Shown here: positions 15,585-21,621 of the stretch, piece by piece
Numbering within the stretch: the first letter of the stretch is position 1
Layout: each line of letters begins with the position of its first letter
Assembly: GCA_033580815.1 (NCBI GenBank)
Contig: JAVQUC010000013.1
Location: forward strand, 2,655-26,654
Direction: 5' to 3'
Origin: Candidatus Caldarchaeum sp.
Lineage (GTDB): Archaea > Thermoproteota > Nitrososphaeria_A > Caldarchaeales > Caldarchaeaceae
DNA length: 24,000 nucleotides
Translations under genes and position numbers: made by a program
The notes under the pieces: generated by a model
Seen by the model: only the letters and a program-made list of their open reading frames with translations
Told to the model about the DNA's origin: nothing
Databases searched by the model: none

Positions 15585-16416
15585 AGATACCCCTCTTAGT
15601 CATTTGCCTCAGGTAGTATACTGAAAAGAAGCCGACCATTAGGTAAGATATCACGCCGAGGGCGTTGGCCGTCCCCCAGTCGCCGAAAAGCGTTACTCTG
15701 TGGGCCATGTCAACCGTAATCGTTGTTGGTTTGGCTCCGCCGATGAGCATGTAGGGAAGCGTGAATGTGCTCAGGTTTGATGCAAAGGTTAGGATGAACG
15801 CAATCGCTATGTTCGCTCTCGCCATTGGCAAGAGAATTCGGAGTAACACGGTAGCGTTTCCCGCACCCGACACTTTCGCGGCTTCGACGTAGCTGTCGCG
15901 AATCATGAGGAAGCCGCTCAAAATGATCAAGGTCATGAACGGCGTCTGTTTCCAGACGAAGCCAATTAAAAGGCCCCTCCAGTCAAACAGCTGCAATGGG
16001 TTGGATAAATCAATTAGCCCGAATTGCGCAAACAACGTGTTCAAAGTTCCGTGAGGAGCGAGGTAGGTTCTCATCATCTGCGCGACCACGACCATGGGCA
16101 CGAAAATCGGAACCCGGAAAACTTGGTTGAAGAAACTTTTGATGCGTTTGTCGACGGTTATCTTGAAGTAGAAGGCGGCCAGTATCCCTATCAATCCCGA
16201 AAACAACGTGGCGAGAACGGACACCGCTAAGCTAAAAACCACGTCGTCTCGGTAGGCCGTGAAGACGGTCACGTAGTTGGAGACACCTATTCCGCCGTTT
16301 TCCTCCAAAAAACTCAGCAAAACGCTCGAAGCGAAAGGATAGACGTAAAAAGGGAGGAAAATCGCGAGCGAAGGTGCTAGAAAAAGGTATGGGAGAATTT
16401 TTTGGCCGGGTTTCAT
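15574..16416 (-). CDS. ABC transporter permease (PotB-like)
   Basis: 280 aa, multi-TM. EAA loop YVEAAKVSGAGNATVLLRILLPMARANI. Overlaps the downstream permease gene by 11 nt. Confidence 0.9.
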   Translation of the reverse strand: MKPGQKILPYLFLAPSLAIFLPFYVYPFASSVLLSFLEENGGIGVSNYVTVFTAYRDDVVFSLAVSVLATLFSGLIGILAAFYFKITVDKRIKSFFNQVFRVPIFVPMVVVAQMMRTYLAPHGTLNTLFAQFGLIDLSNPLQLFDWRGLLIGFVWKQTPFMTLIILSGFLMIRDSYVEAAKVSGAGNATVLLRILLPMARANIAIAFILTFASNLSTFTLPYMLIGGAKPTTITVDMAHRVTLFGDWGTANALGVISYLMVGFFSVYYLRQMTKRGIYER

Positions 16417-16426
16417 ATTCCAAGCG

Positions 16427-17611
16427 TCAGCCGACGACGAGTTCGTAAGCTTTCAGTATCTCGTTGTTAGTTTGGGCGAGCGGCCAAAGTTTTGCGGACC
16501 GAGACAGTATATCAGGAGTTATGTCGCTGAAGAGCCTCTTCTTCGCCTCCGGCGAGATGAGGTCCATCACGTATTTGACGTCTATCCCGGGGTACCAGTT
16601 GTATCTTTCAACGATGACTTTGGCCTGAACTTCGGGGCTCGTCATGAGTTCGATTAACTGCTTGGCTCTTTCCGGATTACAGGCCTTGGCGGGAATCACG
16701 AGGTACATGGCCAGCCCTGGAAGGCCCGGCTCTGGTATGTAGAGCTTTATGTGCGAAGGCATACGTCCGTCAATCATCCAAGTGTAGAACATGTCGACCC
16801 ACACCGGAGCCAGCCATATTTCTTCGCGCGCAAGCATGTCAAGGGTTCCAACGTTGCCCGCAGTGATAGTTACGTGCTTGTTGAATTCCTTGAGTTCCTG
16901 TAGAGCGCTCGTCACCTTGGTTTTAATCAGCTCCGGGTCGTGCGGGCCTTTCACAAGCCTCTCGTATTCTCCCGTTTTCCAGTAGACCCATCCGAGCACA
17001 AACCCGACTCCGGATAGTCCGCCCTTAATACCGTTGTACCCAAATTTTGACGGGTTTTGCTGAACCCATTTCACGATTTCTTCGAAGCTTTTCGGCGGCT
17101 CCTTAATGTATTTCGTGTTGTACGCCATAGCCACCTGACTGTGGATAACGGGAATTCCGTAGCCTTCGATATTAACGCCCAGAGCGACTTTGGCGTGTTC
17201 CGAGGTTACGTATTTCCACGTTGAAGTTTCCTCGGCGAATTTCATCAGCAACCCTTCCGGAATGGCCCAAGACATGAAAATTTGGTGAACGAAAGCAGCG
17301 TCCACATCCCAGCACGCTTTGTTCGCGTCCCGCGCGGCCTTGATTTTCTCGAAGATTGTCCTGCTCCCAGCGTCGCCCGGTCCCGTGTGAATCGTTACCA
17401 AATGGACGTCCGGATGCTTTTCCTCAAACATCGGACCAATGATGTTCTGCATCATGTTCAGCTGGCTCACATCTCCCGCCGTTGCAAACACCATCTTGAT
17501 TTTACGTTCTGGACCTGTAGCCGCTGGAGACCCTAAAACAAGCAGACCAACGACCAAAACCACTGCGACTGCCGCCACGACACCGATTGGAATCAGACTC
17601 TTCGAATTCAT
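16427..17611 (-). CDS. ABC transporter substrate-binding protein, paralog 1 (membrane-anchored; substrate unknown)
   Basis: ATG at 17611 (MNSKSLIPIGVVAAVAVVLVVGLLVLG is an N-terminal anchor helix); the track ORF extends to 17656. A soluble ~360-aa periplasmic-binding-protein-like body follows. It sits directly upstream of the two permease genes. Confidence 0.85.
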   Translation of the reverse strand: MNSKSLIPIGVVAAVAVVLVVGLLVLGSPAATGPERKIKMVFATAGDVSQLNMMQNIIGPMFEEKHPDVHLVTIHTGPGDAGSRTIFEKIKAARDANKACWDVDAAFVHQIFMSWAIPEGLLMKFAEETSTWKYVTSEHAKVALGVNIEGYGIPVIHSQVAMAYNTKYIKEPPKSFEEIVKWVQQNPSKFGYNGIKGGLSGVGFVLGWVYWKTGEYERLVKGPHDPELIKTKVTSALQELKEFNKHVTITAGNVGTLDMLAREEIWLAPVWVDMFYTWMIDGRMPSHIKLYIPEPGLPGLAMYLVIPAKACNPERAKQLIELMTSPEVQAKVIVERYNWYPGIDVKYVMDLISPEAKKRLFSDITPDILSRSAKLWPLAQTNNEILKAYELVVG

Positions 17612-17855
17612 TTTTCCGCGGCCATCTCGATTATCGCCTACGTAAAAAACCTTCAAAATAGCGGATATATTTCAAAAAAACCAGTATAAATCACTTTCAG
17701 CCAGAATAATCAAACAAAATAGATAAATCCGAACAAATCGTGATCTGAAAAAAGTCAACTTAAAGTTCATTCCTCACCTAAAACAGTATTAATTATTCCT
17801 TTTTTCCCTCAGACAATCACGAAAAGATAAAAAGGGAATTTATGCTGTCTTTCTT

Positions 17856-19043
17856 TCATCCCACGACTGTTTCGTAAGTCTTCAGAATCTCCGTGAAAGT
17901 CTGTGAAAGCGGGAACATTCTTCCATACTTTGACAGGATTTCAGGAGTTATATCTCCGAAAAGTCTCTGTTTCGCCTCCGGTGAAACGTAGTCCATCACG
18001 TATTTCCCATCTATCCCAGGATACCAGTTGTATCTTTCGACGATGACTTTCGCCTGTATCTCCGGGCTTGATATGAATTCAATTAGCTGTTTGGCTTTGT
18101 CCGGTGAGCATGCCTTCGAAGGTATTACAAGGTACATCGGCTGACCCGGAAGCCCAGGTTCTGGGATGTACAGTCTTATGTGCGACGGCATACGGCCTTC
18201 GAGCATCCACGTGTAGAACATGTCAACCCAGACAGGGCCCATCCAAATTTCTTCGCGCGCAAGCATGTCAAGGGTTCCAACGTTTCCGGCCGTGATGGTT
18301 ACCTGCTTGTTGAATTCTTTGAGCTCAGCCAAGGCGTTAGCCACCTTCGTTTTAATTAGTTCAGCGTCGTGGGGTCCCTTTGTGAGTTTGGTGTACTCTC
18401 CAGTTTTCCAGTAAACCCATCCGATCACAAACCCTACCCCAGACATCCCGCCTTTGATGCCGTTGTAGCCGAATTTTGACGGGTTTTGCTGAACCCATTT
18501 CACGATTTCATCGTAGCTCTTCGGCGGCTCTTTCACGTATTTCGTGTTGTAGGCGATCGCTACTTGGCTGTGGAACAGTGGAATTCCGTAGCCTTCGATG
18601 TTTGTTCCGAGAGCTGTTTTCGCGTGTTCTGAGGTGACGTACTTCCAAGTCGAAGCTGTTTCAGCATACTTCATCAAAAGACCCTCCGGAATCGCCCACG
18701 ACATGAACACTTGATGCACGACGGCCACGTCGATGTCCCAGCAAACCCTGTTCGCATCTCTCGCGGCCTTAATCTTCTCAAAAATCGTCCTGCTTCCGGC
18801 GTCACCCGGACCCGTGTGAATTGTGGCCACCTCAATGTCTGGATATTTCTGTTCAAACATCGGACCAATTACGTTCTGCATCAAAGCCAGCATGTTTACA
18901 TCTCCCGCCGTGGCGTAAACGATCTTCGTTCTTCGCTCAGCACCTGCCGCCAGCGGATTACCCAGGAAGAATACGCCAACCACCAACGCTACCGCAACGA
19001 CCGCCGCAACCACTCCTACAGGAACTAGGTTTTTCGGGTACAT
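17856..19043 (-). CDS. ABC transporter substrate-binding protein, paralog 2
   Basis: ATG at 19043 (MYPKNLVPVGVVAAVVAVALVVGVFFLG); the track starts at TTG 19058. It is collinear with paralog 1 over its full length and roughly 75-80% identical by eye. Long identical blocks include IHTGPGDAGSRTIFEKIKAARDAN, VKWVQQNPSKFGYNGIKGG and VTITAGNVGTLDMLAREEIW. Confidence 0.85.
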   Translation of the reverse strand: MYPKNLVPVGVVAAVVAVALVVGVFFLGNPLAAGAERRTKIVYATAGDVNMLALMQNVIGPMFEQKYPDIEVATIHTGPGDAGSRTIFEKIKAARDANRVCWDIDVAVVHQVFMSWAIPEGLLMKYAETASTWKYVTSEHAKTALGTNIEGYGIPLFHSQVAIAYNTKYVKEPPKSYDEIVKWVQQNPSKFGYNGIKGGMSGVGFVIGWVYWKTGEYTKLTKGPHDAELIKTKVANALAELKEFNKQVTITAGNVGTLDMLAREEIWMGPVWVDMFYTWMLEGRMPSHIRLYIPEPGLPGQPMYLVIPSKACSPDKAKQLIEFISSPEIQAKVIVERYNWYPGIDGKYVMDYVSPEAKQRLFGDITPEILSKYGRMFPLSQTFTEILKTYETVVG

Positions 19044-19162
19044 GTTACCGCGGCTCAACGTAACTTACACGACGTAAAAAATGTTCTAACACCAAAATAT
19101 ATTTCAGAAAAAACGCTATATGCTCAAAACGAGAAGAAAACCGTTTCAAAAAAATTATTTCA

Positions 19163-20239
19163 TCATTTATCGACTATAATCATCTTTTCCGGAATAAACT
19201 CAACATACACCTCCGACCCAGCATCAAAAGAGCTTTCCGAAAAATCTCTCAATTTGAGCTGGCCACCACCGAAACTAAGCGTATACTCTATCCTATCGCC
19301 TAGAAAAGTCTTCTTTGATACCTTACATTTAACCGCATTTTTGTCATTTTTTTCCGCGATTCGCACTGTTTCCGGTCTCAATACAAGATAAACATTTTGT
19401 CCCGGTGTGAATTGCTTGTTTTTCGGCTTTTTAGCCTTAATTTGACTGCCACCATTGACCTCAAGTATTGCATCTTCCTCCGATGAATCAAGGATTTTTG
19501 CCTCAATTATGCTGCTTTCCCCGATGAACGTCGCAACAAAGCTGTTTATGGGCTCCCTGTAGATTTCTTTCGGAGAACCGACTTGGATTATCCTTCCGTT
19601 TGCCATCACGGCGATTCTGTCCGAAATCGTGAAAGCCTCAAGCTGGTCGTGGGTGACGTACACCGCAGTTATATCCAGACTTTTCAGAAGTGTTTTCAAT
19701 TCGTACCTAAGCCCTTCCCTGAGTTTCGCATCGAGGTTGCTGAGAGGTTCGTCGAAAAGAATGGCCTGCGGATTTAAAGCTAGAGCGCGCGCCAACGCTA
19801 CTCTTTGCTGCTGACCGCCGGACAGCTGCGTCGGATACCTTGCTTCGAATCCTTCAAGCTGAACTAGCTCCAAAACCTGCTTGACGACTTTTCTTATTTC
19901 CTCCTTGCTCTTCTTTCTAAGCTTTAACCCAAAGGCGATGTTATCAAAGACCGTCATGTGAGGCCAAAGAGCGTAATCTTGGAAAACCATAGCAAGGTTT
20001 CTCTTTTCAGGCGGAATATCGGTGATGTCCTCGCTTCTCACGTACACTCGGCCGGCGTCCGGGTTCACCAACCCAGCGATAATGCGAAGTGTGGTTGTTT
20101 TGCCGCATCCGCTCGGGCCGAGTATCGAAAAGACTTCGCCCTTTTCGATCTCTAGATTGACGTGATCGACCGCAGTTGTATTCCCGAATTTTTTCGTGAC
20201 GTCGTCAAGACGGATGTGGGGCAAACCTAGATTCGTCAT
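19163..20239 (-). CDS. ABC transporter ATP-binding protein (PotA/MalK-like with C-terminal TOBE-type domain), all motifs canonical
   Basis: Walker A GPSGCGKTT, Q-loop MVFQDYALWPH, signature LSGGQQQRVALARAL, Walker B ILFDEP, H-loop YVTHDQLEA. A TATA-like AAAATTTTTTAC (reverse complement of ~20258-20270) lies ~25 nt upstream of the ATG at 20239. Confidence 0.9.
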   Translation of the reverse strand: MTNLGLPHIRLDDVTKKFGNTTAVDHVNLEIEKGEVFSILGPSGCGKTTTLRIIAGLVNPDAGRVYVRSEDITDIPPEKRNLAMVFQDYALWPHMTVFDNIAFGLKLRKKSKEEIRKVVKQVLELVQLEGFEARYPTQLSGGQQQRVALARALALNPQAILFDEPLSNLDAKLREGLRYELKTLLKSLDITAVYVTHDQLEAFTISDRIAVMANGRIIQVGSPKEIYREPINSFVATFIGESSIIEAKILDSSEEDAILEVNGGSQIKAKKPKNKQFTPGQNVYLVLRPETVRIAEKNDKNAVKCKVSKKTFLGDRIEYTLSFGGGQLKLRDFSESSFDAGSEVYVEFIPEKMIIVDK

Positions 20240-20516
20240 GACATCGATAGGGGTTGTAAAAAATTTTCATCCAAGCTGTTTTAATCCTGCAAAAACAGTA
20301 TATAGAAAGGACATCGAGTTGGTTTGATGAGGTTCGGAAACTAAGATGTTGGCCAAAACGCAAAAACTGTAACGAAAGCTTCTGCAGAAAGGAAGAAATG
20401 GCAAAGCCCGACCGCTCAGGGAAAACCGGCGTGGGCAAAATTTTTAATCAAGAAAAACATATAAACGGTCAGCAAAGGGCTTGACAGAAACTGATGAAAG
20501 CAGACGCCTCAACTTG

Positions 20517-21200
20517 ATGAACATCATCGCCGGTGAAGTGGTTTTCTCCAAAAGGCCGGGCGATGTTTTGAAGAAGTGGCGTATGTTGTTTGAGCTCAGC
20601 CAGAAGAACATGGCTAAAGAAATGGGGATAGCATCTTCGGTTTTGAGCGATTACGAGAAAAACAGGCGCAAGTCTCCGGGAACAGAGTTTGTGAGACGCT
20701 ACGTAGAGGCTCTGATACGTCTGGACGAGAAAAAAGGAGGACTGAAGGTTCGTCAGTTTTCTTTCGACGTCCAGAACCTTTCTGGGGTCGTTTTGGGGAT
20801 GGCCGAATATCCTTCGCCAAAGACTATGGCGGAGGTGGCGAAGCTGCTCAAGGGTGTTTGGCTCGCTGGACAAAGTCAAGGCGGCTACCCAATCTACGGC
20901 TACACCGTTATCGACAGCGTCGAAGCCATAAAAAAACTGGGTCCCTACGACTTCTTTAGACTCTTTGGAGCGAACACGGTGAGGGTCGTGGTGTTCACGA
21001 ACGTTTCGAGAGGTAGGTCACCTATAATCGCGGCCAAAATCTTCCCGGTGAGGCCTCGGATGATCGTGATCCATGGACCTAAATCGGTAAAGGAGGTGGA
21101 CCCGTTGGCGATCGAGTTGGCCGAAGCCGAAGGGCTACCCTACGTGCTTTCTCTCCATGAAAAAGTGGAGAATATTTTGTCGAGCCTCAGTTCGCCGTAG
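20517..21200 (+). CDS. XRE-family HTH transcriptional regulator with uncharacterised ~150-aa C-terminal domain
   Basis: LKKWRMLFELSQKNMAKEMGIASSVLSDYEKNRRKSPG is a Cro/C1-type HTH (HTH_3). I use the ATG at 20517 (MNIIAGEVVFSKRPG...); the track starts at TTG 20481. The overall layout resembles archaeal COG1709-type predicted regulators, as far as I recall. The 3' end overlaps the convergent gene by 14 nt. Confidence 0.75.
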   Translation: MNIIAGEVVFSKRPGDVLKKWRMLFELSQKNMAKEMGIASSVLSDYEKNRRKSPGTEFVRRYVEALIRLDEKKGGLKVRQFSFDVQNLSGVVLGMAEYPSPKTMAEVAKLLKGVWLAGQSQGGYPIYGYTVIDSVEAIKKLGPYDFFRLFGANTVRVVVFTNVSRGRSPIIAAKIFPVRPRMIVIHGPKSVKEVDPLAIELAEAEGLPYVLSLHEKVENILSSLSSP

Positions 21201-21621
21201 GGGCCGCCGTTCTTTTGACGAGTCGGGCAGTTAGGATGCCGTTGACGTAACGAAGCTCCCTGACTATCGCCTCGAAGGGAAGCTTGACGGTTCTTCTGAA
21301 ACCCATGCCTCCTTGGAGGATGAGCTTCCGGCCGAAAAGCTCGAGCTTTACCTTGTTCTCAGGGCCTGGCACTTGAGCGGTCAAGTCAACTACGTCCCCT
21401 TCCTGTCTCAGCTCGAGCAAGTAATCATCCCAAGCCGCTGTTCTGATGGATTTTCTCAACGCCATGAACCAGTAGACTGCGAGGCCGACCGCCAGAGCTC
21501 CTAGGAGTAGTCCGAGAAGACCGCTCTGAACTCTGATTAGAAGCGAAAGAGCCGCGACCATGACTAGTATAAGCATCAGAACGCCGAATAAGTTGACCCC
21601 ACCTCTCACTTCCTTTGTCAT
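21187..21621 (-). CDS. Small membrane protein: two N-terminal TM helices + minimal Hsp20/alpha-crystallin-like C-terminal domain
   Basis: TM1 is GGVNLFGVLMLILVMVAALSLLI and TM2 is LLGLLLGALAVGLAVYWFMAL. The C-terminus, EGDVVDLTAQVPGPENKVKLELFGRKLILQGGMGFRRTVKLPFEAIVRELRYVNGILTARLVKR, follows the ACD pattern (x-V-x-x-x-l-PG...i-x-v-x-l-x-g-x-x-L-x-I-x-g...r-x-v-x-LP...y-x-NGiL-x-i-x-l-x-K). The ATG at 21621 shares a base with the TGA of the upstream UPF0182 gene (TGATG). Confidence 0.65.
   Translation of the reverse strand: MTKEVRGGVNLFGVLMLILVMVAALSLLIRVQSGLLGLLLGALAVGLAVYWFMALRKSIRTAAWDDYLLELRQEGDVVDLTAQVPGPENKVKLELFGRKLILQGGMGFRRTVKLPFEAIVRELRYVNGILTARLVKRTAAPTAN

Larger units (their letters stand above)
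16427..19114 (-). repeat. Tandem direct duplication (~1.43 kb period) of a binding-protein gene plus ~70 bp of its 5' flank
   Basis: The two SBP genes are collinear. Upstream of each ATG the same blocks recur at identical offsets: CCGCGG just before the ATG; ACGTAAAAAA at +29 (17640 and 19072); ATATATTTCA(A/G)AAAAAAC at +54 (17665 and 19097), all in plus-strand coordinates. The ~175 bp between the copies (17682-17855) is unique and A/T-rich. Confidence 0.8.

Noticed and set aside
17790-17855. Possible hairpin terminator (TTCCC...GGGAA) after SBP paralog 2. A similar weak hairpin GGTCCT...AGGACC lies in 8880-8915.
   Set aside because: The stems are only 5-6 bp with 21-25 nt loops and would be thermodynamically weak. 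The T-rich tracts alone are a sufficient explanation for archaeal termination.
14600-20239. tRNA-adjacent integrated element or genomic island to the right of tRNA-Trp.
   Set aside because: I saw no integrase gene and no direct repeat of the tRNA 3' half elsewhere in the window. The adjacent genes form an ordinary ABC transporter operon with the same composition as the rest of the window.
20487-20545. Two TGATGA (C-box-like) motifs 23 nt apart, suggesting a C/D-box sRNA. Similar isolated ATGATGA/TGATGA strings occur at ~11723-11731 (minus strand) and ~20326-20331.
   Set aside because: No proper CTGA D or D' boxes occur at the required 12-nt guide spacing and there is no terminal stem. The second motif is simply the regulator's start-codon context. 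This looks like a chance occurrence.
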